Shown here: positions 1 through 13,552 of the stretch, piece by piece | Layout: each line of letters begins with the position of its first letter | How positions within the stretch are numbered: position 1 is the first letter of the stretch | Source: Vermamoeba vermiformis | Taxonomy: Eukaryota | NCBI GenBank assembly: GCA_045837725.1 | Contig: JBEWZL010000096.1 | Location: 1-64,000, forward strand | Length of the DNA stretch: 64,000 nucleotides | Direction: 5' to 3' | Made by a program: the position numbers and the translations under genes | Notes under the pieces: model-generated | The model's database searches: none | Told to the model about the DNA's origin: nothing | Seen by the model: the letters and a program-made list of their open reading frames with translations, nothing else

Positions 1-264
1 TCAAGTGACATTTTCCAGGCTTTAGGCCTATAAGCCTTAAATTAGCTAAGCCTAACTATATATATAATTTTAATTATGACGGGGTGTGTTGTGGTCACCA
101 TGATGAAGTATGATAGTGCTTATTTATACTACTTGTCTGAAGGATTTTCCCCAAATCTTTATTACACATTTCTACAGGAGGCCCTTGACCTGTTTCTACA
201 TACATATCTTTAAAACTACTCTTGAATTGGTGAAGGACTATCCATCCACCAGCAAATGGTGGTT

Positions 265-2969
265 TTATTTATCTTTTAGAGATTGTAAATAATATTGTAA
301 ATTCTTTCTATATGTCTTTTTCTCCAGTCTGGCACAATACAACTTGGCATTTGGTTGACCAACCTCTTTTCTCCAATCAAATAGAATTACTTTCAATGCT
401 GCATTAACTGAAGCCATCTACAACAGGTTAGTGTAAATTTTGCAAGCAAACAGTTTACCTTTTTGGCAAATTCCTGTTGGGTCTCAATGTTTCTGTATGG
501 GGCAAAAGCTTTGTCAAGAAAATTGCAAAAATCTTCATGCTGTACTGCGAGCTCATCAATTATATGCTTCCACTTGGCAAAATATAGTAAAAACTTTCTG
601 GCTTTGCCAAGCCGAACCACCTCAAGCAAGCAGTCACGCTCAAAGTGATCACCACCAAGCTTTAAAAAAAAAGTCAGACTAATTGTATGATTACTTACAG
701 AACTTACATTGAAGGGATTTAATTTGTTCATAAATCCCTGCGAAGTTTGCGCTGCTAAGTACTCCAAATTTTTGAACTTGATGCGATTCCAGTTAGCATC
801 AACAGCCACAATACCAATCTACAATACATTTGAGTGCGAAAATAGTACTGGACATTTACTTACTTGCTTGAAAGGGTCTAACTGAGTGACAAATTTTTTG
901 GCGTCTGCCGCGGTTTTGATGGCAGGGAAGATCTTTACAGTTTGCCAGTGGTACTTTGCAACAAAAGGTTCTGCATCCAATTCCGCGAGTGATTCCAGAT
1001 CACGAGCTCCCAATAATACGATCTGCTCTGGATCGTGTAGAGCAACTCTTCTGAAATGCGGCGACAACAACTCGAAAATAAAGCACCTGAAATTGGTCAA
1101 TACTTGCAAAAGGTTGGAAACTACTGGATCATACTTATTCTTATCGTCGTCGCTAGGTAGCACCATTTTGTTAGCGTTCCAAATGCTCCAGAACACTTGA
1201 GAGAATTCTTGTTTTGGTTTGACAGCACCATCACTTGTCAACCAGCAAACTGCCTCCAGACCATCGGGAATACCTAAACACATAGTCAGAGAATCAATGG
1301 CATTAACAATTCCTTACGCCGAGAAGCGACGTGCCACTTTCCGTCGTAAAAATACACGACTGCACAGCTTCCATCAACCTTGAGCTGCACTTTAGCGGTG
1401 GACCAATCAAAATTATCTGCGCGATCTGTTTCGACGTCGTCGTAGAATTTTTTGAATGGATAAGCAATGACTTGGAAATTGTTGGAGCAGTCCACGATTA
1501 ATCCGTTGCATTCGCGGGTGATGTCACTGTACATAAATTAATCCACGTACGGGTATCAATAGTGGCAACGCACTCGATAGGCTCTACACCAGGTGCGTAC
1601 GACAGCTGCACCAAGTTGGGATATTTTGAGTGGCGACACGTCATTATAGCGTGCTCACGACGCAAGGACTCAAGACCTTTGACTCGCAAATATTTAACGA
1701 CTGCAATCTCCTACATCATGTCAATAAAGATCATCATAAACCGAAAGACTCACCGATTGATTAGGCATGGGCTCCGCTAATGATTTGGTATTGTTTTTGT
1801 CCTCAACAGGATGCTGCTTTAGGGAAGTAATAGCGGCGATATCAATGTCCTCATTCGTGTAAAACTTTGTGTAAGCTTGGAACGATCTGAGCTTCTTCTC
1901 TAGCTCAACGTACATTGGCCAAAACTCCGACTCGAATTCATCCCAAGTTGTCGCCGGTGAATTCTTGATTTCTAGGAGACATTTTAAACACGTTTTAATG
2001 CGACACCACTTACGTTCCCAGTAGTTGTTAGCACCGCGGAAGTCGTCAATTCTGTTCCTATCGAGCAACTGAATTGTGAAGTGCAGATAACGAAGGGATA
2101 AAAATACCAGCTACGACACGTTAGCAACTACAAAACCGTACACTGAAAGTTACCTTCTTCGCTTTGTATAGCTTTCCTTCTGCAAGGCGACGTTTCGCTG
2201 TGCTGAACTTTAAATTCGCTGCCCAGCCGTTGGTACTAATGAATAGTTAGTAATTAACTCGTAATACCAAAGACTTACATCTTAAGCACTGCAGAATCAA
2301 TGTGAATGTCAAAGTCGTACGGTTTCAAGACCTTCGGATTAAAATAAGTTCGTGTGTGGAATGCAATCCGATATACTCACAAATGGCTTGGGTGTGAAAG
2401 GGATTTCTAAAATGGCAACATGATGTTCGTGCAGCTAATCAATTGCAAATTAGTACGGCTAAAAACAAATCAAATGCGACGCACTAAAATCGTGAAGTAT
2501 TCCAAATCGTAGAACGTAATATTTAGATTGGCTGGAGAATATTCAAAGACGTCTATCTCGTGGATATCGAACGCAAACTCAAGCTTCGATTGAACTTTTC
2601 GCGGATCAGGCGGGAGAGGAGTCACTGACGGTTGAGAAAAATTAAAAATGCAATTAATTTAAAAATACTTACAAATATTTTTAGTAGGTTCCTTGACCAC
2701 GCAAATATAGTCCCAATCACTCTCTTCATTAAAAGTTCCGTAGACGCTGTAAAATAAATATTGAAAAATTAATCTCAATAATTTCTCAACTAAATGAACA
2801 TAGACTTCTATATTTTTATAACGCACATTCGTTCTTACCGAGAGCCTGTCATAAACAAACCAAGAATTTTCTGCTCGATCTGCGGATCGTACAAAGTTGT
2901 CAGGCATTTAAGTAAGTCTTCGTAATTATGCACGCCATTTTCATCTATTTTGTTTAAATTGAACTCCAT
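265..2969 (-). CDS. Multi-exon fusion protein: N-terminal Pol-beta-superfamily nucleotidyltransferase plus C-terminal T4 Rnl1-like RNA ligase
   Basis: Spliced translation MEFNLNKIDE...LFMTGSR|VYGTFNEESDWDYICV (GS..DxD NTase motif), then HSKYPNLVQLSY, RECNGLIVD, AYPFKKFY, QLKVDGS (motif I KxDG), FIFELLSP and NRIKFKN. The exon junctions checked join in frame through GT-AG introns. Stop TAA at 265-267. Confidence 0.8.
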
Positions 2970-3109
2970 GTATATGCGATTACAAATTAAATATGGTGTT
3001 GTGTCTAGAGGTTTACAAAAACGTTTTACCCAAAAGTACCGAAGAAATTAACAAAGGTATTTAGATAAAAAGCAGAACGAAACACGTTTCGGAGAGCGAT
3101 ATCTTTATT

Positions 3110-6100
3110 TCAAAAGAAGAATGTGGACAAGTCTATTTCCATCAAGTGATCTACTATTAATTCGGGCGTCGTGCCAATTAATTGGGCTATCTCGAATTGT
3201 TTAGATTTTTCGAGTTGCGTAAACCTGCACGAAAAACCGGTTAATCCAAAAGGCCACGATTCAAATGCTTTGCTACGTACTTCCAAAGTAACTCGCCATC
3301 AAGCACATGACGCAAGTGATTGTGCGACATCTTGTTGAATGGCTTGGACAGTCTAAAAGCCTTTGGGTTCAATCCCGCATAATGGTTGATCACGGTAATC
3401 AATCTCATTTCGAGCTTTCCAAGAACCTTGAAACGATCTTCGGACAACGGTGCTAAGTAGCCCATGGTGCCATTGATGCCGCCGTACATAATGCAACTTC
3501 GTTTGTAGTTCGGCTTTTGGGTCTGATGAGTATGCGTTGTTTTAAGAATGTTCAAATTGAGCCGTAAGAACTTGTGCACACGGGTGCCCAGGTGGAAATT
3601 TCCCACCGGAAGCAATCGCGAACCTCCTCGACTTTCCTTATCTGAGCATCCAGTTAGTTTTATGGTCAGTAGTAAAGTAAAGCGAGTACGTACGCAGAGG
3701 AATATATTGATACATGTGCAAGTTAGAAGTGTAATCGGCAAATAACATCGTTAATTGCGCGTCATCGATCAAAAACTCCGTGGATTCAACGTTGAAGTGA
3801 TCGACGTCCTTAGCCAGTAGCGTCAACGTGCGGGAATTTTCCTGTGATTATCTAATTAAGTCATGCACAGCTGATGAGCTTAAACATACCTTCCAGCGCA
3901 AGAAGTAGATTGACTTGTACATATCACCAATCATGATGTAGTTCTTGATCGTCTGACAGCTAGTGATGAAGATTTGTGCGTCAAAGAAGGCAACACCAAC
4001 CAAGTCGTTCATATTCTGCAATTGATACATGTAGAGCGTGTGCCACGGTCAGTACCACTCGGAAGAATAACCACTACGTTACCTTAGGACCAATAGCCAA
4101 CAACAGATATCCTTCAATCGAAGCCACTACAGACATGACACCTTTGTCCTCTTTCTCGTACAACAGCTTGAGCTTGAACACGCTTTGACCGGTCGCGTCA
4201 TCGTGCACTTGAATGATGTCAAAGAGCAAGATCTGAAAGAGGGGTTACTCCAGGCTGCATTTTTATGTGAGCGTTAAACTTACACGTCCCATGCCAACAG
4301 CATTCTCACCGCGTACGTAAGCAGTGCCGCACACGAGAATAGGTCTTTTGATCGTGTCAACAGCATCATCGTCAGTATTTTTGTTCTTCAAATAACAAAC
4401 TTTCATTGTTAAGACGACTTCTTTTTCATCGTCTTTCAAGGGAAATCTAGCCAACAGTTAGCAGCAAGCACAATACCGAATAAAAAGCAACTCACTTGTC
4501 CAGCACTTCTTTTGTATCAGCTGAGACTAATCGCACTTCATAGCGGTCTTCAAAAGCAAGAGGCATTCGCGGATCCACTATTAAAACAGTCAGTAAACCG
4601 TACAAACTTGCAGCAGCTCGCTTACAATTTTGGAAGTCATGCTCCATTTGAGCCTTCATTTCTTGTTCGCGAATGCTTGGATCACCTTCTTCGGTGTCCT
4701 CTTCGTCGCCTAACTTGGTTTTTCTGACATAAAGGCGTTGATCGTTTACTCGTTCTGACACAACCAAAACGTCGAGTTTGCGTTGTGATTGATAGACCTG
4801 AGGAGGGTTAAGACATAAGATAAATATAATAAATTTGTATGCAATCAAAACAACGAATAAAAGATGGAACAAGGGAAACGTGTCGTTTGCTTTTTTCGAT
4901 GCCAATGACTGCCGATTGTTGTTGCCTGTCTTTGAAGCGACTCGATATTTTCATTAAAATCAAATACCGAGCTAGGAGACGGCAATAAAGATACTGCTTG
5001 TAACTTACAATATTATGAACCGTAGTCTTGTTTGTCATTTTGTAATGAGGGACCGGCAACTCGTAAGAAAACAATTGACTCAACGAGCTAACGTGAATTT
5101 TTTGCTGAATCGTTTGGTTAGTGCATGCACAATCTATTTTCGCCTCTTACCTTGTAATTGTAGTAAATAAATCCTCGATCGCAATTGACATTGTGAAACG
5201 CCGTAAAGCACTCTACGCTGCCACCAGCGACCATTGGATGGTACCGCAAGTAGTTTCGCTCGCTTAAAATAAACACAGGTCGTGCACCAGTCAAGAAAAT
5301 GCCTTTCTTGCCACAAATGTCATCAAACTTGTGAATGCGCAGAAGTGACGATGTGTACAACTTCTCGCGTGCGAGCAACAGCAAGCGATCATCTGGAGCT
5401 AGAAATGAAGCAGTTAGCACTAGCTCTACTATATTCTTAGTGTCGACTTACCTCTATCAAAGGTGGCCTTCAGATTTCTGAACAGCGTTTGATTTTCAAC
5501 TTTTTTGAACCTCAACGGCAGTGACTCTTCAGGCGTATGCTTCTTCTTTTTCTTCGAACCAGCTGGGTGTTGTAACGAGTAGTAGAACCCTTTGTACACG
5601 TACAGATCACCATCGTCAAGTAGCGCCAGTAAATACGGCGAGCCTTCTTCGCCGAAAGAATGTAGTGCAATTTCAACAATGGAAGGCAACTTAAATTTTG
5701 CAACGTTGAATTGTCCATTAGCATTGCTTCCATCAGTCCGCGTGTCCTGTTCCATTGCATCACCATCAGCCTCTGCTTCGGTAATCTCTTGAATTTCTGC
5801 TTTGTTGTGATGCGTCAATAATTGCGAGCCATTGGCCAAGTTGGGACACAAGAACACAAGCTCAAATTTGGGTAGCCGATAGAACTAAATACACGTTAGG
5901 AAGTTGTGTAGCTCAGAAGACATAGACGTACCTCGACACTTCCATTATCCCGAGATAATACAAGATAAGTGGGCCGTAATATTTTTTCTTTGCTAATGGT
6001 AGTGAATGCATCGTGGTCGGCGTCAGCATTGGATTTGGTTGCAAAAATGTCTCCATAAACCTCCAAGAACTCAGTATCGTGTATCATCTCGTTATATACA

Positions 6101-9100
6101 TCGTCCACGATATCATCGTCCTGCTTTGACTTGCGCGTTTTGCTACTGTGCAAATCCTTTTCAGGTGAAACGAGTTCTGTGTTGGTTTCTACGCACGCGT
6201 TAGCACAGCTGCTTAGAGCTTAATTTCTACTTACGATTGAAAATATTGTTGAAACTCATGTCTTTGTACAAACTGACAGCACTGACATTGCCTTTATTTA
6301 CCTGCGTAAAAGTTAGGATAATCTGGTACCGTCGAACATCAACTTACATCGGGTTGAAGCACGTCTAGCGCCTTTAATTGGCCTTGTTCGTGTTGGAAAA
6401 TTTGAATGGTCTTGTTGTCCAGCAAAACGACCACCATAGGATCGCAAATATAGGATTGAATAATCGAATGGTCGTTAGTCATTGGAACGTCTTGCACAAC
6501 TTTGCCTAAGAGCGAATGTTAGATTAATCGGTTTGCTAACGCTAGCCAACGTACTGCTGTCAACTAAATGCAATCCGGATCTTAGAACTTGCAATGCATG
6601 ACGACCGTTGCCAAGAGTTCCAACGTTAATTGTTTGTTCGTTAGTTTTAAATGCTGTTGTCTTTGTAATGTCATCCAGTGCTTCACCAAAGAAAACCTTT
6701 TTGGATATAATTAAACGGAGTCGAAAGAAACATTTAACTTACAGTTGTTTCATTCGTCTTGCTAATAACTAAGTGAGTGTGGTACGTGTCAGTGGCGCCT
6801 GCTGTCGCGATCTTAATAGACCACATGCCAAGGCAATTTGGAAGCTCGTACGACATGATCACTTCGGGCCTTAATCCTTGCTGCAACGAAATATTAGATC
6901 AAAAGAGAAGATCGAAATAGCCAATAATACTCACGTGAACAACGCCCAAAGCTCCGTTCTTGTTCTTGCCTGAACACGTGACCATTTCAAATAAACTCTG
7001 ATGGGCGATTAGACCAAGGCACCATACTCACTACTACGCCAAATACTCACGTGGTTATTAGGGTCCTCCAGCAAACTGAGCGAAGCAGGGTCCCAACTGT
7101 GGTGCACGGTCATATCGGCGATTGGTCCAATATTGGGCAAGGTATCGCACACTGCCATTTTGTATCGCGCCGTACGCGATCGCTTGCCTTTGGTCTTCTT
7201 CTTAGCTCGTCCTGCAGCTGTGTCGTCATCGTGAACAACAATGCGCGAATTCTTCATTAACTTCATCAGCTCTTCTTCGTCTGCGTCGTCACTCGACTCA
7301 GCGGTACCATTTGTTTGCGCACCGTTGCTCCCTTGTGTCTCGTTCTCTTGGATTTCTTCGTCCGCTACAAAATCACCGTTTTCAGTGGTCTTCCTTCGCT
7401 TCGCAGGCCTGCCTTCATCCGATTTCTCTTTGGGCTAAAAACATTGTTAGTCATTTGCTACGTCTTACTTGACAAGTGATGAACACACCTCAGTAGTGCC
7501 TGCTGCTGGCTGGTCTTCAAACGGTAACTCTTTCGAGTAGGCAATGAGCAAGGAATCTCCGAGACGAGAACCAATGAACAAATATTCATTCGCCAACGTG
7601 CACATCTAAAGCAATTTAGTAAGCAAGGAGAAGTAATTCCGTGAGTTCAAGATTAGTACATACATCCGAGGCCAAGACACTAGCACCAATCTTCATAACT
7701 TCAATGTTCTGCACGCTTCGATTATCAAACACCAAATGGAATATGTACAAGTCACCGAGCTTGTCGGATACCAACAAATCCTCGGCGCTCAGAAAGACAA
7801 ACTTGGCGGTGTCGAGCGTGAGTAAAATCTTTGCTTTTTCTGTACGTAACAGGTTAGATCTGCTACAGCTAAACACGCGTTACGTACCATAAAGGAACGG
7901 TGCTGCAGGGTCGTCTCCAAAGTGATTCAACGACAGTCCATATTGTGCACTCTGATTGAAGTAGAGCACGTGATTGGGTGAGAACACGAGTGCACCACCA
8001 GGAGGCTCAGCAACAGGCAGGACACTAAAACAATCGTACGGCAATTTCTTCACCGTCCAAATGATCGGATGTGTCGTTGGTGAGGTCAAATCAAGCGACA
8101 AGGCCACCAAATTGCACGTGTACTTCTTCATGGAAGTGCGACTAATAACGCATTAGTACTATTTTCACTCTCAATGGCATTGCTAATAGGCGCGTACCCA
8201 GTCCAAGTGAGTTCAGATTCATAAAGAATGACGAGGGTTGGATCGTGATATCCATTCAAAAACTGAATGTCGAGCACGTTGATGATGCCCAACTCGCGCA
8301 AATTGATCACGTAGGACGAGGGATAAAGCCGCTTTGCTTCTTCTCTGCAAGTAAAGGATCAGAATGGTTATTGTACGCGTGACAGTGTTTGGCTCTTACC
8401 CGTCAGGCAGTGGTGCACTAGGATCGATTGCTTCACGTCTCAAAGGCAATACAACGAGTTGTCTATCGTATATAATGGTTGCTGCACACTTATTGAGCGG
8501 ATCCACACGAATACGAGGATGACTGGAGAATCGGATGTGTCCCTCCTACGAACGAATCGTCAGGGAATTAAAACCACGATGTACCTCGCGATAATTACCT
8601 TTAGTTTATCGTCGTTCTCGTAAAAGTGCAACGATACCAGCTTTAAATCGTGGTGAGCTTGATCCCACTCGACCAACGATATTTTGGCATCCAAGAATGA
8701 TAATAAGAGTGAATCTGTCTTTGAGCGCGGATATCTAACGGCTTTGAGTGACTCAATGTTGCCAAATAAAGAGTATTCCGCAACTAGTTGCAATTTTATC
8801 GTCTTTTTCGGTTCTTCGTCATTCTAAAATTTCAATAAAATTAGAATAAATAGCACTTAGATAGTAAGAACAAATATTGATAAAATTTTCGTTTTCTGAA
8901 GGATAGAAAATTTTTGTATGATATTTAATTGATCCAGCGCGCAATTTGGTTAGCCATATCCATTAAAAATTAAATACAATACATGTGGATTTGTCGATAT
9001 AATATATACCTTTTGCAACGGAAGTTTGAATATCTGTAATAAAGACGACTTGGCAACGATCAGATTGACATCTCGTTCGCCAGTGAAGTTAGCTGAAATA

Positions 9101-9153
9101 CAAACTTCAACCCCAGTGGGTGGATTGATCGTCTTGTGTATTGCGTGGGACAT
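3110..9153 (-). CDS. CPSF1: Cleavage and polyadenylation specificity factor 160 kDa subunit (multi-exon)
   Basis: MSHAIHKTINPPTGVE...NLIVAK; LFGNIESL; LLLSFLDAKISLVEWD; LPNIGPIADM; HYAGLNPKAFR; VLDGELLWK. This is the DDB1/CPSF160 propeller layout. Confidence 0.93.
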
Positions 9154-9222
9154 CGGTGAGCAGGTCAAATGAAAATTCGACAACAAATCTTTTTTGTCAA
9201 ATCCAACTTTGTAGAGTAACAC

Positions 9223-10932
9223 ATGGCTTCGTGGGTAGAATATAGTGCTGATACCGAGTTTCCTATTCAAAACTTGCCTTATGGCATCTTTCATTTGAAA
9301 CCTGAAAGCGCAGCGGCTGCTAGAGCTGGTGTTGCGATTGGTGAATGGATCCTCGATCTCTGCGTCATTCAAAAAGCTGGCTTGTTCTCTGGAAAGGTCG
9401 GACAATCCGATTGCTTCTCAAAGGTACATTAAGAAAGCTACACAAATGCTTTAAATCGCGGATCAGGATAGCAATGTTAACATGGACTTGAAATTTTTTC
9501 CGAATTGTCCTGCAATTTTATCAAAAAGGTATTGATGTTGGATACACCATAATTAATATGAATTTTAGCCGTATTTAAATGATTTTATGGCGATGGGCAA
9601 AGACAGCTGGAAGGAAGTTCGATCAACTTTAACCAATCTGCTCGCAAAAGACACAGCTACTCTTAGAGACAATGCCGAACTCAAATCAAAGGCTCTTGTA
9701 AAGCAAAGCGATGCGTAAGTACGCTTAAAAAGCATTGTAAAGGTCGAAATTAGAAAAACATTTCAGAATCCGCGTCTGTTCATGAAACTAACCGTATATT
9801 AGTTTCAAATACTAACTAACATGATTGCTACAGCCAAATGTGCTTGCCCTCTAAGATTGGCGATTACACAGATTTTTATTCATCACGAGATCACGCCACA
9901 AATGTAGGCAAAATGTTCAGACCCGACCAAGCCCCATTGTTGCCCAACTGGTATGAACTGCTAACATATTAATGACATATTTAGTTTGGACCTTATTAGC
10001 ACGCTCACGTATTATTTGTAAATTTCAGGCTTTGGATCCCCATCGGTTATCACGGCCGTGCCTCCTCAGTGGTCGTCAGCGGCACACCAGTGGTGCGTCC
10101 TCACGGTCAATTGAAGCCACCCACAGCTGATAAGCCTTCATTTGGTCCTTCAAAACGATTGGACTTTGAACTCGAAATGGCAACACTCGTTGGTCCGGGC
10201 AACAAATTGGGTCAACCTATTCGCATCGGTGAAGCTGAAGATCACATCTTTGGTGTGGTGCTCATGAACGATTGGAGCGGTAAGCGAATATGACATCTAA
10301 GTCAAAAAGATTTGGGCTAAGGATTGATTGCAGCCCGCGACATTCAGGCCTGGGAGTACGTGCCACTCGGTCCCTTCAACGGCAAGAACTTTGCCACCAC
10401 TATCTCCCCTTGGGTCGTCACTTTGGACGCACTCGAGTGCGTGCGTATTACAAAGGTGGAGCAGGATCCCAAGCCCCTCGATTACTTAGTGGTACGTTCT
10501 CGCTATGTGGGTCGAATGATGCTGATCAAATGAACGCAGGACCCTCGTCCCTGCCACTTTGACGTCGTTTTGGATGTGTTGTTGCAGACTCCTAAGATGA
10601 ATGAACCTCATTTGATCGCGAAATCCAACTTCAAATACTTGCACTGGTCAATCAAACAACAGCTCACTCACCACGCCTCTGGTGGTTGCAACATGCAGCC
10701 CGGTGATTTGCTCGGTACTGGCACGATCAGCGGTCCTGACGCCAGCGAGTTCGGCTCCTTGTTAGAATTGAGCTGGAACAACACCAAGCCCATCAACTTG
10801 CCTTCTGGCGAAACGCGCACTTTCTTGGAAGACAACGACACATTGATCATGCGCGGCTATGCTCAAGGCCCGGGTTACCGCATTGGATTCGGCGAATGCT
10901 CTGGCCAAGTTCTGCCCGCCGTACAATACTAA
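9223..10932 (+). CDS. FAH: Fumarylacetoacetase (multi-exon)
   Basis: [82 protein letters not shown]. Confidence 0.96.
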
Positions 10933-10971
10933 GTGTTTCAGAACCTAACCTGTACACGTTTATTTAAAAGG

Positions 10972-13134
10972 CTACAAAGGATCTTTGGCTACCTCTTCTA
11001 TGACTGCCGTTTGCTCTCGTGCCTCTTCTTTCTTGTCCTTAATTGCCATCACCTCCGCGTACTTGCGTTTTACCCAACGCATCAGCTCACGAGCTGTTGG
11101 TCTCTCTGCTGGATCTTCTTTCAAACAAAGGTCGATTAAGCTGCGAATTGCCTTGTGATGCTTGTTCTGCAGTCGTATTAGAATGAAAAGATCTATTCAA
11201 TAGATACCTGTGCTTTCCGGCACATGTAGCGAAGAACCAGCCCAAAGCTATAGATGTCCGCTTTAAAGTCGTAGCCAACTATCAGGATCAACTTCAATGA
11301 CTTCCGGCGCTTGCCAACCTTCGGTTCCTACTCCCTCAGAAAAAGATTTATACCCTTGTTCTGGCTTCAGACGTGTTGCTGTGTTGAAATCAAAGAGTAT
11401 CCAGTCTCTATTATTTGCAAGACCAATATTACTCGGTTTGAGGTCGCGATGTACAACATTGTGGCTGTGAATGTGGTTTAAGGCACAAAGTATATCGAAG
11501 GCAAACTTGAGATGATTTCCAACACCACGGGGCACAAAGTCAAACTCTTCCAATAACGGAAGTACCATTGTATACGTAACAGAATCTAGTTATTAACCGT
11601 TAGTAGACCCAGTGGTGTTATTGTAATTACCTTCAGCAGTGCGGTTGATATCATAGTGCAGAAGTTTGAGAACGCAACGGTGATCAAAGGCCTTTCAAGA
11701 ATTCAACTTCACGTACATCACGTGCTGTTTTCGTGACAATAAATACGGGAAGCTTTTCTTTGCCGTGCTGAAATTGTGCGATGTATTGATTTTCTTCATC
11801 CAAACTGCGCACAAAGGACAGGGAATCTCGGAACCCACGCATCATATCCGAGGGCAAGTCTTCTTTAGCTTGGCTTTCATTTGTCTTAATTGATTTCTTT
11901 TTCTCTTCTGAACTTGATTTCTTGGCCTCTTTAGATTTCTTACCGTCCTTACGGCTTGGAGTTGATGATGAGGCGGACGATATTCCTGGTTCAAAATCTT
12001 CTGGCCTCGCCGGAAAAACGTGATTAACTTCTTCTGGGCTAATTGCCTTTGAGAGGCGAATGGCAAACGCTTCCAAAGATGCCATGAATTGCATAAACTC
12101 TACCAAACCAGATGGCTTCAGAAGACTTATATCGCTAACAGTATTAACAATAAATGCCCAACAGTTCGCGTGGTCCCTCTGAGCGTTCATGAAAATGATA
12201 CGCAAATTGAATTTGCCTGGGCAAGAGTCGATTAGTTTTCGTAAGATCGTTGCCATCTCAAACATACCCATTAAAATTCCAAATACGCCTGAGTTTCTCG
12301 TCTGAACTCTTTTCAACTGTGCTTCGAGTTGAGTTCGCATACTCGTTGGCAGCTTCATCGAACCTTTGTGACATTTTGTGAATTCCACTGAGAAATCCAA
12401 TTCCTCCAACGCCACTTCACAAAGCAAAATTCGGAACGGATGCGCTCCTCGCAATGAAATCTTCAAGTCTGGGCGTATTTTTCCTTTGTGTTCCACTTTA
12501 TCATACTGCACTCGCCATAGTGATCTGCAACAAGATACGGTGTACTTTTCAACCAACAAGCTGATTGTTTGGTTGATAAGGGTCCATTCGTTGAAGCTTT
12601 CACTATCATTGATCAGATCCTTGATTCTCAAATGCACCTCGAAAGCTTCAGCAACTAAGTGTGTGTTTAGAACCAACTCTTGCTTGCTGAGTGGGAAAGT
12701 TGCAACTGCTTCGTGCTCTGGATCTTCGACAAATTGTTTGACAACTTGCTCGCCTTGGTTGGAACCACTCGGAAGTGCCAAAAGTGCTTTGTCCATATTT
12801 GAGGACATGAATATGTTACGTTAACTAGCAAAACAAGTGGATATTTTCCAACTTAAGAGCAATACACCAGGACCGTGCCAAACGGTGATGACGCGATCGG
12901 ACAGGGTAGACGTTCTTCACTTGGTCAATTATTGAATGATATTTAGAGAGAGCAACGACGCTTCGCTCTCCTTTAGTTAGTTGCTCATCGGATTTTTCTT
13001 CAGAACAGGACGATAGCGAGCTCGGTTCAACATAGTGTAATTTAGGATCCGTTTCCTCTAAATTCACTAACAAAATTATAATAAATTCCATGTCACAACG
13101 AATATAATTATTCAAGGCACTTACACGCGTCCAT
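10972..13134 (-). pseudogene. Frameshifted gene encoding a PD-(D/E)xK-like domain and a Ser/Thr protein kinase (Crinkler-effector-like architecture)
   Basis: RPDLKISL...LLCEVA; kinase IVTK, REVEFL, HRDLKPSN, DFN, GTEGWQAPE, KADIYSFG, DPAERPTA. +1 frameshifts near 11686-11688 and 11277. All three frames have a stop around 12815-12855. Confidence 0.65.
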
Positions 13135-13462
13135 GTTTTAAGTATCAGATCAGATTCAACCAGGTTTCAACAATTATTAACCAGCATTGAGGAAATTCTG
13201 CGCAAAAAACTATAATTACACCTTGTTGTTCATAATGTTAAATTAGAATGAGTTGTGCTCTTGTTGTTTATTTGAAAATAATTTGACAAAAAAAACGCGG
13301 CAAAAACTTGCCTTTGCGGAATTCGAGATTTCGTAGTAGTAGTGTTCGCTGTGCAAGATCGATCGAAAATGAGCAAGTTCAGCACCTTTGAATGACACCC
13401 ACGCTACCGTTACACGTGCGACAAATGGTGCACAAAATTTGAATATCGTTTATTTATGATAC

Positions 13463-13552
13463 TGTGGTGCGTCAGAGCACCTGCTATAGCGATCTTAATA
13501 GACCGTGCCAAGGCAATTTGAAAGCTCGAAAGACATGATCGCCTCGGACCTT
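13463..13552 (+). repeat. Degraded ~90 bp copy of a CPSF160 exon segment (source 6778-6872), same orientation
   Basis: gcgatcttaatagacc..tgccaaggcaatttg(g/a)aagctcg(t/a)a(c/a)gacatgatc..tcgg(g/a)cctt occurs at both places, with small indels. Confidence 0.9.

Noticed and set aside
6-24. TGACATTTTCCAGGCTTTA resembling TGACATTCCAGGGCTTAA at 39663-39680
   Set aside because: Too short and gapped to distinguish from chance without the sequence upstream of the window.
98-143. C box (ATGATGA) and D box (CTGA) pair suggesting a C/D snoRNA
   Set aside because: Only ~41 nt from C to D, no clear C'/D' boxes, and no recognisable rRNA guide.
8950-9405. 151-aa ORF overlapping the FAH start on the opposite strand
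   Set aside because: Only the part from MSHAIHK (9153) matches CPSF160. The upstream extension is antisense to FAH exon 1.
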